Shown piece by piece: positions 1 through 12,053 of a stretch of DNA of 64,000 bases. Source of the stretch: Tilletiaria anomala UBC 951 (taxonomy: Eukaryota). The position numbers and the translations under genes are program-made. The stretch spans positions 248,001 to 312,000 of the forward strand of contig NW_013547020.1 of the NCBI RefSeq assembly GCF_000711695.1. Reading direction: 5' to 3'. A model generated the notes under the pieces. It was not told the DNA's origin. It saw only the letters and a list, made by a program, of their open reading frames with translations, and did no database searches. Position 1 is the stretch's first letter. Every line of letters begins with the position of its first letter.

Positions 1-412
1 CCATATAGAGCTCCTGGCGTTTCTGCGCGGTCATCTCATGCGTAATAACTCGCAGCCCTGGTCGGCGGACGCCAAGCGTAGTCAGCTCTTCACCGATTCC
101 TTCCTCCTCCTCCGAGGTGGCGTTAATCACGACGATCAGATTGGTTGGGGCATCATAGATCTTCAGAATGGTGGAGATGATGCGGCGCATGCCGAGGCCT
201 TTTGCAAGGATGACGAGCGAATTTCCGTCATCTTCTTCCTCATCGTCTTCTTCATTCTCGACTCTTCGATCACCATTTGCCGCACCGCCTTCCCCTTGTG
301 CGAAGTCGGCGGAGTCTTTAGGGATGAGAGAGGCAATGATGGCACGATGAAAGGGTAGGAGGAAGGGCCCGCTGAGGTGGCGGACGACCTCTCCTCTCTC
401 TGCGGAAGCCAT
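1..412 (-). CDS. RAD1: DNA repair endonuclease XPF/Rad1/Rad16 (ERCC4), 5' part; runs off the window start
   Basis: Not in the ORF track because it is truncated. ATG at 412 opens MASAERGEVVRHLSGPFLLPFHRAII...NSLVILAKGLGMRRIISTILKIYDAPTNLIVVINAT...RQELY, matching the XPF N-terminal helicase-like region (LLPF..., LVILA(R/K)GLG, R..LY). Confidence 0.88.
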   Translation of the reverse strand, partial: MASAERGEVVRHLSGPFLLPFHRAIIASLIPKDSADFAQGEGGAANGDRRVENEEDDEEEDDGNSLVILAKGLGMRRIISTILKIYDAPTNLIVVINATSEEEEGIGEELTTLGVRRPGLRVITHEMTAQKRQELYM

Positions 413-941
413 TGCGACTACCTTCCATCGCTTGCACGGCTGCACCTGACGCTCGCACGCCTCGCCTCTCACCAGCGACTCAGGTTCAATTCGAACTCGT
501 ACGGTCAACCTTCGATGGCCATGATGAAGTAGTCGCACAAGATGAGCGATTGCGAAGCCATCTCGGCCGATAGAAAGACACCCACTATCTGGAGAGATCG
601 TTTGCGAGGCGTCGCGCCATGCTGGAAGTGTAAGTGATAGCGCATAATGCGCGAATCGCAGTCACGTGGTCCAGTGTTTGTTTTCGAGTAGAGACTGCGA
701 CTGCGCTTCTATCAATCAATTCCAGGTTGACCAGCAACATGCGCCTGCACCGTGCAGATCCATATAATTAGAGAAATGCCTTGTGCGTCAAAGAGCGCGG
801 AGGAGTCGAAGCTGCCACGCACATAGGCTCAGCGAATCCCATCCTAACCCAAAGCTCATGCATCCCGACTAGGAGAATCGTTGCAGTATTGGGGGCAGTA
901 CAGCGAGAGCTGCTCCTCCTGCCGACGGCTTCCCCTCCGCC

Positions 942-3900
942 ATGCCGCACCAGATCCTGGCTCCTCTCCCTACCAACATTCCTCGGCGACCACATCGGCA
1001 GCTGGGCGTCGAAGCAGCGGTCGCTTTGAAAGGATCCAAAACAGGGAAGATGAAGGGCACTGGCGCAAGCTTGATCGGTAAACGTAAGGCGTCTGCGGCA
1101 GCGGCGGCCGCAGATATAGATCCTGCGGAGGAAGGGGCGCCTCCCAGGGAAGGCGGAGGAACTTGCGATTCTTCGGCATCCACCCAGTTTTCGTCAGCGG
1201 CCGTTCCGGATGCGGTGCTTGCCATGGCATCTTCTCAAGTTGTCATGGACACATCGACCCGTGCAAAAGTAGGGATCAAGCGAAAGAAGAGTGGGAAAGG
1301 CAGTGCCGGCTTTACTCAGACTTACAACTCCAACATGACAGCTGATGCTTCCGCTGCAAACCGTAATGATGCAGCTCTTTATAAACGAACCAGTTTCAAG
1401 GATATTTCCACCTCGGCGACGAACGCAAGTACAAGAGCCAGCAGCGGCAAACGTCTGATCATCACCCGCAAGCGCCTTTCGTTGGACGGCAGTCCAATGA
1501 GTCGCTCAGCACTCGGGCACGGCTTTGGCCATCTCAATCCTGACACCGAGCAGGCGCACTGCAAAAGCCGTGGAGAAGACTCTAGCCGACGCACGTCGCG
1601 TTCGTCACAGCATTCACTGATGCAACTCCCAAAGCAGAAAGTGAATGTCCAAGACACCGAGCCTACATCTGAAGGCCACACAAGCGATGAAGTTGTCGAG
1701 GCGGTGGAAGAAAATGCTGAAGATCGTGGTGAGCAGCCTGTGCGGCAATGTTGTTTGTCTGGTGGCTGCGCTGATGTTTCTTCTCTGGTTGCAGACACCC
1801 GTCTCCTCAATTCGGCGCCGTCCTGGGAGCTTAATAGACTCAGGAAAAGCGATCTCGTTCGACTACTTGTCCGTCTCGGAACCTGGGGAAGTACGAGCCC
1901 AGAGAATGCAAGCACATACAAGAAGCAAGAATTAATCGATGCCGTCGTCATGGCGCGCGATACCACATCCGCTAGGACTTCGCCAGCTGGCAGCGAATCA
2001 GGTGCAGATGCGGACGAGAGGCTCGACGGCAGCAGCACGAGTGCGCATGGAAATCTCAAGCACAGCGGATCTTCTCGTTTGCGTCAACGCAAGCTGACAG
2101 ACATGTCCAAAGGAGCCTTACACACAGGGGCACAGTCGCAACCGCAGCCCACAGAGCTCATTCTCGGTGGTCTGGACGGGCGTAGGACGAGCTATCAACT
2201 GCGTCAGTGCAAGACATCTAGCGCATCTCAGCCTCAGCCTGATGGTGAGTCCGATTCGTCTGCAAACTCGGACGACTCAAAAGCGTCGACGGATGCAGGT
2301 GATGCTGGCGCGGAGGAGACGGATACAGGCTCCATCTCTCGCGCTGTTAAAGCGACCATGCGGCAGGGCACGAAGAACCAAGACTCAGCCTTGATCCATA
2401 CTAGCCAAGTCCACCAAAAGGAAGGCATCACGCGCGCAGCCAAAGCCGCCGCAACACTCCGTGCGACGCGTACGAAGAATCGAGCACCTCTGACAGGCTC
2501 TCCCACTCCGCTGCCTTCGTCTCCATATACGTTAGGCATCAATAAGAGGCGTCTCAAGAAGCAGGTTGGGGGTAGGATGGGCGTCGCGTTCGCCGCATCC
2601 TCACCAATTCGCACGCGTGCGCGTCGTTCACGCGTAGTTGCCGCGGCGAGCGGGAGCGCGTTGAGATATAGCACGTCCAGCCTTGGTGAGGGCAGCGTCG
2701 GCGCTAGGCGTGGGTTGCGGCAGTCATCGTCGCTTTCGCGCTCGCAGCGCAATCAGATGTGGGACGCAGAAGAGGATGCACAGGAGGAGGAGGAAGTCGA
2801 GGAATTTATGGACCATGATACCTCTGCTGGCAGCCATGGGGCGAGGCAGAACATTCTGGAACGCGACGAATGCATTGAAGCAAAGCCGCCTTTACGTCAG
2901 CGTCAAGCCAAACTGAACGCCACCAACCTCATCCGCGATCATTCGCGCCACCATGATACCGAGCAATCGCAGCAGCGGACACGGGCTTCTCCCCACTCAA
3001 CATCCCGTTCTGATGAAGATGATTCCGGTGATGGAGGTGATGAAGCGTCCAGCGTCGTTTGCTCTCAGCGGGCGGCGCTTGGCCTGCGGCCTAGGACACG
3101 CTCAGTATCTACACAGCTGCTCTCAAGGCCCAGCCCCGCCTCGAGTCTCACCAGTCTTGATGATCTTGACGCCGGCGACGACGATGGTGACCAAGCCGCT
3201 GACAAGCTGCTGACGCGAGCTTCACAGCGGGTAAGACTTCAGGATGGAGGGGATAGCGAGCGTGCCACGGACTCCTCGGAGGATGATCAAAGCCGACAGG
3301 GCATGCCACCGAGCGCGAAAAAGATTCGTAGGCTACGCAATGGGAAACTCAGATTGCCGAGCACGCTGCTTCCAGAGGCCAAGACCTTGGAGGAGGATGT
3401 GAGCAGCAGTGACGAGTCAATGCCCGAGCCTGAAGATGCGGGCGACACTACCTTCAAGCCTTCGTCGGACTTCGACATGGCAGACGTTTCTATTTCCTCT
3501 GCAGCTGAGACATTTGCAAACGCGGAAGTCGAAATGGACGAAGCAGTAGACATCGATGAGGGCGAAGGTCACGTTGATCGCGATAACGACCCCATGACGA
3601 ATCCCAGCACAGCGTCTTTATCGCGCCTTTTGAAGGCGCAGCTGCTTCAGCTGTGCGAGGAACGCGGACTGCATGTAGATGCGGACCTCAAGAAAGCTGA
3701 CTTAGTGCAAACGCTGATCAGCTCGGTGAGCATATAAGTTTTGCAATTTCATCAAATATGCACGCTCACTTTCTTCTTGCAGGTTGATGCCCGAGAGGCC
3801 ATTGACAGCACATCATCCGTCGCGTCGCAATTCACAGCAAAAGGGTCTTCTACATTTTCGGGGGATCGATGGGGCCGCCATAGCAACGGTGCAACGATGC

Positions 3901-5029
3901 CTCTACTCCGCTCGCATGAGAAGCTGATTCAAGATATTCAGCCGCCAACGCCGGCGTTGACGCCGACCAATGCGCAAGCCCAGCCTGCCGAGGCGGTCGA
4001 CGAATTGAATGGCCTGGACCTCGAATCACTCAATTTGGTCGACAAGGAGATCGCGGCGAGCAAATTAGAGAAGTTGGAGAAGATCGGATCAGGCGGATTC
4101 AAAGATGTCTATGTTGGCAAGTATAAGGTCTCCAAAGCGCGCAGCATGAAAGTCGCTATCGCGGACCTCCGCGACCAGCTTACGGAGATGGACATCAAGG
4201 AACTTTCGCTGCTAAGAGACCTCAAGCACGAGAACATTGTTCGCTTCATCGGTGTCAGCATTCCAGATGACCCCAGGAACGTGCCTTGCATGATTGTCAG
4301 CGAGTTGTGCTCAAACGGAGACCTGTTCGATTACATTCGGAATGTCCCGGCTCCAAGTGACAGTGAGATCGTGAGTCTCTTTGTGCACGCAACCGTCGGA
4401 GATTCGGCTTACAAGCTTGACATGACTCCTACCCAACAGTACCGCATTCTACTCGAGATTGCGCGGGGTCTCGAGTATCTGCACCTTCGCAAACCCGCCA
4501 TCATTCACCGAGATGTCAAGTCCACAAACGTGTTGATCACGCGCGACCGCACCGCTAAGATCAACGACTTTGGACTTGCGCGAGTCAAGAACACGACGCG
4601 TTCGATGGTTCGCTCGCTGGTAGGCACGGTGAATTGGCAAGCGGTTGAGCTCTGGGTTCCCAAGCCTCATTACAACGAGAAGGTCGATGTGTGGAGCGCA
4701 GCCATGACGTTTTGGGAGGTGCTGCAGTGGCATCAGCCGGAGAAGCGATATCCTTTCCAAGGCATGAACGAGCACCAGATCTACCAGGATGTCGGCCAGA
4801 AGCGGCAGAGGTGCGTCGCCATACTCCTTTGGCCCATGAGCATACAACTTACATATCTGCGCGCATGTGCAGACCGTATACTGGCAGCACGCGCCGTCAG
4901 TTTGGAGGGGAGATCGTCCATTTGCTCGATCGCATGTGGGATCAGAATCCCAAGGAGCGGCCATCGATGGGCGAAGTTTGCGCCGCTCTTGAGGAGCTCA
5001 TCGAGTTGAACAGACGAACAAAGTCGTAG
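942..5029 (+). CDS. Large TKL-type protein kinase with disordered N-terminus, two SAP/HeH-like motifs and atypical (WNK-like) lysine placement
   Basis: Exons 942-3725, 3783-4370, 4440-4810, 4873-5029 (GT-AG introns). Motifs GSGGFKDVY, VAIA, IKEL, HENIVRFIG, HRDVKSTN, DFG, GTVNWQAVE, DVWS, WDQNPKERPS. Confidence 0.9.
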
Positions 5030-6790
5030 CCCTCTATATGTCCAGCACGTCTGCTATCCAGGTTGCACCAGCCGGCCGCTGCCTCGAAGCTCCTCGCTGA
5101 TCTTCGGGGTTCTCGATTCTGCTCTCCTTCCGCGCACTTCATTCTCTTTTTCATCGACCATTGGCTTCAACCGCGCGTCAATGGGTCGCCAATCAGTCCC
5201 AACATCATATTTTTCTGCTGCGCGGATTCTTTCGCGCCTACCCTGCAATTCCCGGATCTGCACCTTTCAACCGACTGTATCAAAGAAAAGCAACCACTGT
5301 GACTTTAGAAAGCATCGCAACCAGAACACCAAAGCAAGAGCAACAAGCAGCGACAGTTTTTCAGCATCGCGATTCGCGGCTCACCTGATCAAATTATCGA
5401 ACGAGTCTACTGATTCCCCGGTCCCTCGTCTAACCAGCGCCAGCGGACCTGTACTGTAGGCTCTTCTTGCTGAAGGGAATGTACCACAACGCCTTCCTTT
5501 CGGTCTGTCTTTTGAGCCCTGTGTACTTGATGACCATCAGAGGGCAGGACCAAGCCAAGTGCAGTGTACGAGAGAAGTGAGCGCTTCCAGCTTCACAATT
5601 CCCCATTGAAGCACCAGACGAGCATCAAGTGCAAGCCTATGAAACTGTTTGCGGCAGCTGTGCCACCACGCGTTCCGACACTTTTGGAGTCTCGAGCCTC
5701 GCCAGGCCGTGCCTTGGGAAGCGTCTCGAACTCTCGTGACCACACGAGGTGGCGACCTATCACAAGCCCAACGGCGTCGAGTATCGAGGGCATCAGCGTT
5801 CTGGCAATGTATAACGTGATGAACCTTTTTGTTCAACTGTCAACGTGTTAATATCATTAACGAAACTCTTCCAGATTACCGCAGCTTTTATGCGCTTGAG
5901 CATCACTACATGTACATGTAGATATTGCATGTGTGCCTATACTTCCCAGCTCTACCTGGCTCAGCGTTGTCAATGAACCAATGGGAATCAACTCGGACCC
6001 ATCAAGCGACAACTAGATTTCTGCGTCGTGGGACGAGAAAAGGCCTGGGAGAGTAAGGGCAAGGGTATGATCCTTCGGAGGTTGTCTCTGGGTTTATCAC
6101 ATCTTACCCTTTGCGACAGGCGCGTTCTGCGAAGCCTCGCGTCTTCCCACTCGTGGTAGGTTGTGATCTGCTGGTTGCTGGGATCCGAGCGCAGGATGCG
6201 CGGCCCATTGCCTATCATTGTTTGCTGCCTTGTTGGCTACTGTTTCAAAAGTGTTTCATGTGACCAAAGTGGATCAGAATGTCTTGTACATAGCCATTTA
6301 TGTAGGACCTATTTTAGCAAGATGCTTGCTGTATACATTGTAGGACTTCCAAGTTGAAGCTTTGAGCTTGACCAGGTGTACGCTTATGCAGCCGATGAAC
6401 AGGTGTGTGGGTGCCCCGCCTGTGTGGCCTTTAGATGACACGTGACCTTAATCTGCCTGGACGCGACTTCCCGACGCGTTATTCGAAGTTACCCAAACAC
6501 ATCACACACAAACCACACAAACACGCGAGCTCGTGCGCGTGATAGTAAATAAGTGCTACAAAAGTACAAAGGGCTTGCAGCGAGGATGTGAAGATGAGGA
6601 AAGCGAGCGCGTCACTGAGCAGAGTGTAAGATGATGGAGCCGGAAAGCCCCCGGAAATCGCAAGACCTCCCTCATCGCCTCCTGTGGGCAGTGAGGGGCA
6701 GTGAGAAGCGCCCGATGAAGTGTCACACGGGACGGACGATCACAAGTCACATATCACATCACACGCGCTTGCGCCCCGCCTGTGTATCCC

Positions 6791-6805
6791 ACACACACAC
6801 ACACA
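6791..6805. repeat. (AC)n microsatellite
   Basis: acacacacacacaca seen directly. Confidence 0.8.
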
Positions 6806-8928
6806 GTAGGGAGAGAAAGAGCTACATGGCCTGGAGAGTGGAGGCTGGAGAGCCAGGCCAATGGCGGCGGTGTCCTGTGGTGGGTGCAGCAGCCGTTGCA
6901 TCCCACCTGGGAGACGTTCACGAGAGGCTGAATTCCATCGCAATGCCATTAATACATCCTCTATCCTTCACTCAACTTTGTTCAGCCTTCCCCTGTTCTT
7001 TGTTTGCTTGCACGGAGCAACGATATAGTCGCTGGTGCTGTCTGTCCTCCTTGCAAGTCTGCTCATCTGTGCGGCTTGAGGGAATCTGCGCTGCTAGCTC
7101 GCGGCCACTATATACATAGTTGTAGTTACTTCTGCACGGCCGCGCGTCTCCCCCTTTTCAGCAGCCTGCCACTCCGCGCCAATCCTCCGACTTCGTTCGA
7201 CCGTTGGTCCCTGCAGCGCTTACGCCTTCGCTCAGCTCCAGGACTGCATCAGTGGACGCTTGCATTCGATTGCAACAGCAAGTCACTGTCAGCAACCAAC
7301 CGTCCATCTACCAAACAACTCGCCGACCCCACATTCGTCTACATCCGACGCACCAGTGACGAGCGCGTGCCCCCTCTGCCCTGCGTCCGGCCGCTCGCTC
7401 GCCATTCTTCGCCCACCACCCTCCATAGCACGTCGACAATTCGACATCTTCCTCTCCATCTGCCCCTCAGCAGCCCTCCGCCTTCCAAGTCACACTGTCG
7501 GACGCATGTGCTGATACATATGGGGTCTGCTGGGTCGGCATTCCAACGGCTCCTCCTATATCCCCGGCACCGCCCTAAGGACCTTTTTTCCGTGACGCTG
7601 ACGCGCTGCACGCATACATAGAAGGGTGAGATTGCACCAGAAGCATATTACCTGCATTGAGGCACAGGAGACGAGGCAAGCGCTAATAAGACCTTGATTG
7701 CGCTGCCGGCCAACAGGTCACAGTTCACGTTTACACCTCCCACAGGCCACTCAGCTGACGCGAGGCAGAGTGCGCAAGCTTCCGCAGCCTCTGTCCATCA
7801 AAGTAAGGTGCGGCCCCTCTTCACTCTCCGTCAAGTTTTGTCATCTAGAGTGAGTTCCCTGACTCGGCCGCCCGGTAGCCACGCCGCATCAGACCGCGCA
7901 CGGGGAGTTGTGTTGTTCCAGAGGGGAAGCATGTGGCATGGATGATGACAATCCTCCTAGTCTCGAGTTTAAAGCCCTTAGAGCGCTCCTGACCCCGATC
8001 GGAGTATCAACGATCGAGAGAAGGTCCGCAAGACGTTCCACTGCTCGGAGCCCCTCCCTCTCCCGATTGGCACAGAGCTTGGCTGTTGGATAGACATCGG
8101 CGCATTTTAAGGTATATTGCATAGCTGCTTGACGACCGCTGCACACAGGTTCCCAGCCGGTGAAGCAGGTCGCCCAGTAGATGCACAGCGGGCGGTTCTG
8201 GTGGGTCTACTCAGTGGGTCGCTGCAGGAGGTTTTCTTGCGCCTCTTGCGCATTTGGACTTGTGGAGTTGAACGTCGGTGAGCAGGCGAGGAGTGTTCAT
8301 TTGCATTTCCTTTTGAGATCACCGCACCCACAACGAGAACGACCTTGTCGTGCTTGTTTCGATTAAAAGTGCTTGGGCAGATCTTATCCCCCCTCGTCGA
8401 GATCATCACCGTCGTTCTCGTCTCTGGCGATTGGAGACGTCCGGGTCTCGTCCGGGTCTGCTCCCATCGCCATTAAACGCTGTTGCTTGTCACCAGCGAC
8501 CGGTAGGACCTACTGACGTCAGGTGTGTCTTCTACCAACCGGCGTCAGGAGAGACCTCCACAACCCGACTGACATATCAAGGTTTGGCGGGTTAGACATA
8601 AGCTCTATCTGGTTTACAAGGTCTTCGCCTTTCTGTGGTTCATCCTATCTGCCTTGTCTATTCCCTTGTCATCACTTTTATGTTCGCCATAACCTCCATC
8701 GCTTTCATTGGAGGACCACCCAGCTGACCCACCCTCGTTTCATCTCTCCTCGCCCTTCACCTCATCGACCGTACTCAATCCCTTTCCACACTCTTTTTCA
8801 ACCCTCCATCTTTCACTCGGATTTATGCTGGAACCTTGATTGCAGCAGCAGCCAGCTCCACACTTTTGAAACAAGGTGCGGTATCATCAAAGCGCGGCGA
8901 ACACCCACTGTGCTTAGGCATCTTTACC

Positions 8929-11365
8929 ATGGCGTCCAGAGTGAGCTTCGGTGTCAACCAGAACCGTGTGACTGCCGACCGTGACTGACATGCACCGCTT
9001 GACTGTGTTCCAGGTCACTGCTTCTCGCTCGAGCCGCGCGCGAGGGCTGGGTTCAAGCCGTAGCAACGATCACCTCGATGGTGGAAAAATTGGATCGACC
9101 TCGACCGCCGCCTCCAGCGGCACCTCTGCAAAAGTACGAGCCTCCCGAGTCCCAGTCTCATCAGCCGCAGCAGCTGCTGCCGGTGGCACCCTATGCAAGG
9201 CTCCACGGTCAGGTCTCGCATCCTTGCGCAATGCTCCGCTTCACGAAGTCACCAATCGCAGTTCACGGGCTCCTTCTGCTATCAACGGAAACAGCAGTGT
9301 TAAGGATGGCTTTGAGAAGCAACCGCCAGCCAAAACCGGTTCTGCCACCGCAACTGTCACCAAGGTCCGGACATCTCGCGTACCGACGAGCAGCTCACAT
9401 CCAGACTCCATCGCCCATCACCGCAAACGCAGCGGGTCCGGCTCAACTACCGCCGTCGCGGCCTCCTCTTCTTCATCCAATCTCGCCAGCATCAGAGACA
9501 CCGCAGCCCGGATGAATGCTGCGATGGAGATCGACGAAGAAAAGGAGGAGGGAAAGGGAGCGCGGAGTCGAACGACTCGTTTGATTCGTCAGCCACCTGC
9601 GAAGCGAGTAGTCCGGAAAGCGACAAGTGCCATCACAGTCAGGTGCCATCCCACAACCGTCTCTTCCGACGCGACCGTGCATGCACAATCAGATAGTATT
9701 ACAGGATCCATGGACGTGGATGCTGCTGCTGCCAGGCCATCATCGCTACATGCCGACATAAAGGAGGCGAAGCTGCACGATGAGGAGGAGGAGGACAACG
9801 AGCAGTTGGAGGGAGGGGAAGAGGATGATGATCTACACGACTCAGAGCTGGAAGAGCTGGAGGGAGTACCGAGCGATACAGAAGATGAGGACGCAGCCAT
9901 GCACGGTCTGACAGATCTGAAGAGTATCCCTCAAGGGCAGCAATTGCGAGCACCTTCTAGCAGTGCTGGCAGTGCAAGCGATATTTCATCCGCAGTCCCA
10001 ACTGCGGCAGGTACGGCGGAAACGACACCGTGGATGAACTCGAACGAGAAGTTTGACGACCAGGCTGACGTATTCGCCGAAGAAGTTGAAGTCAACTTTG
10101 ATCCCGAGTGCATCATCCACATTCGGCCCGAGTTTGTCGACGCCGCTGAGCACAAGAAGGCGCACATCATACGTAAGTATGATGAGACGGTCATCCGGCC
10201 ACAGGCCGAGGAGGCGAGGCAGCAGCGACAGGCGCTACTGCTGAACGGACAGATTTCGCAGGAGACGGCGGCTCTTGATGATGAGTTGGCATTGATGGGC
10301 CTTGATCCAGACGAGGTGCGCGATACTACCATGGTGGCGGAGTACTCAGAAGAGATCTTTGCGTACATGAGCGAATGCGAGATGAGTACCATGGCCAAGC
10401 CAAATTACATGGACTTTCAAACCGAAATCCAGTGGTAAGTCGACAATTGGTCGGTTTTAAAGAAGGCTCAACTGACACGTTTCTACATTAGGTACATGCG
10501 GCAAACACTCGTCGACTGGCTTCTGCAAGTTCACGTGCGCTACCACATGTTACCCGAGACCCTTTGGATCGCGGTCAACATCATCGACCGATTCCTCAGC
10601 ATGCGTGTCGTTGCTCTGCAGAAGCTCCAACTGGTCGGTGTGACGTCGATGTTCATCGCGGCCAAATACGAGGAAATTCTCGCACCCAGCGTGGAAGAAT
10701 TTGTCTTCATGACCGAGAATGGATACTCGAAGGAAGAGATCCTTAAAGGAGAGCGCATTATCCTCTCGGTAAGTTTAATCCCTCGCGCTGCATAGCTTGT
10801 TCCGCAGTGTATTGAATGCCCTGCTTATCTTTCCTGCAGACCCTCGACTTCAACATTTCGAAATATTGCACACCATACTCATGGCTTCGCCGGATCTCGA
10901 AGGCTGACGACTACGATATTCACAGCCGCACGCTCGCCAAGTTCTTGATGGAGGTCACTCTCACAGACCATCGGTTCTTGCGTGCAAAGCCGTCAATGAT
11001 TGCAGCGATGAGCATGCTTCTGGCAAAGAAGATGCTTGGACTCGAATGGGTGAGTGCCCACCCGGTCCTTCGTTCGCCTGCTCTCCTTCACACTGATTCA
11101 CGAACCTGTTCCCAATCTTGTCCAGAATGACGCTTTCGTCTACTATTCCAAATTTACAGAGCAGGAGCTCGTACCCGGTGCCAACCTTATGCTTGAGAAG
11201 CTCATTGATCCGTCATTCGAGGAGCAATTTGTCTGCAAGAAGTACAGCAACCGAAAGTTCCTCAAGGCCAGTATCTATGCACGCGAATGGGCGCTACAGA
11301 ACCATAGAAGCGTCGCTGCAGCCGCTGCGGCCGAGGCCGGCGAGGAGTACGACACCTCAGTTTAG
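8929..11365 (+). CDS. B-type (G2/M) cyclin
   Basis: Exons 8929-8940, 9014-10434, 10492-10768, 10840-11049, 11126-11365. Cyclin box MRQTLVDWL...PETLWIAVNIIDRFLS...KLQLVG...AKYEE; N-terminal D-box-like RSGLASLRN (RxxLxxxxN). Confidence 0.95.
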
Positions 11366-12053
11366 GCGCCGTTCGCCCCGCAATCCGACCTATTCGATCA
11401 ATCTTCCTTGCGCTGCATCGAATCCACGATCAATTCCCCCTTCTCCCGCGGCATCCATAGCATCTCACCCGGTCACGTCTAATCACAGCAATCTCGGTTC
11501 TTTCACAATTACGTTCATCACTCATATGCCACCAGTGGGATACCCGGCTGCCAGACCAAGGTATTCGGCGCCACACCAATGGTCACCGTCACTTTCATAC
11601 ATCCCAAAAGGCATCGCGCAAAGCTTTTTAAGTCAAGATTCGAGCGATTCCTTCGCCTCTCGACCGCTCCGAATCATGAACCACGCGCTGAACGAGCGAG
11701 CTGATATGATCCATCGCCAAACGCCTCATCTTCTCTGCCCATTCTCACTTCTGCCACCCTTTCGATCGCGCTGCCGCTGTCGGACACTGGACATCATCCT
11801 CGTTGAGACGCGCACTCTCCCCCTTCGTGACAAATATGCTTTTCCAATCTCTTCTTTCCCCTTCTGTGCATCCTTGACACAGTACGATAGTCGGCCGTGG
11901 CGTCGCATGAAGCATAAGCAATTGAATCTTTTACACTATCCAAACCCGTCTTGTTGAGGTGTACGGTATAAAAGGCATGGCCTTGATTAGGATACAGTGG
12001 GATGGATATGATACAGCCCAGGGCGGCGAGCGCCACGGTGTGAGGGTGGCGAT

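Noticed and set aside
4371..4439. Stop-free in-frame intron in the kinase (also 42722-42814 in the Smr gene)
   Set aside because: 3n stop-free short introns are expected by chance; there is no evidence of functional retention.
5906..5921. Perfect 16-bp palindrome CTACATGTACATGTAG
   Set aside because: Arises from a short (TACATG)n repeat; isolated, with no element boundaries.
11118..11957. 279-aa ORF overlapping the cyclin 3' end
   Set aside because: Alternative frame plus pyrimidine-rich 3' UTR; low-complexity translation.
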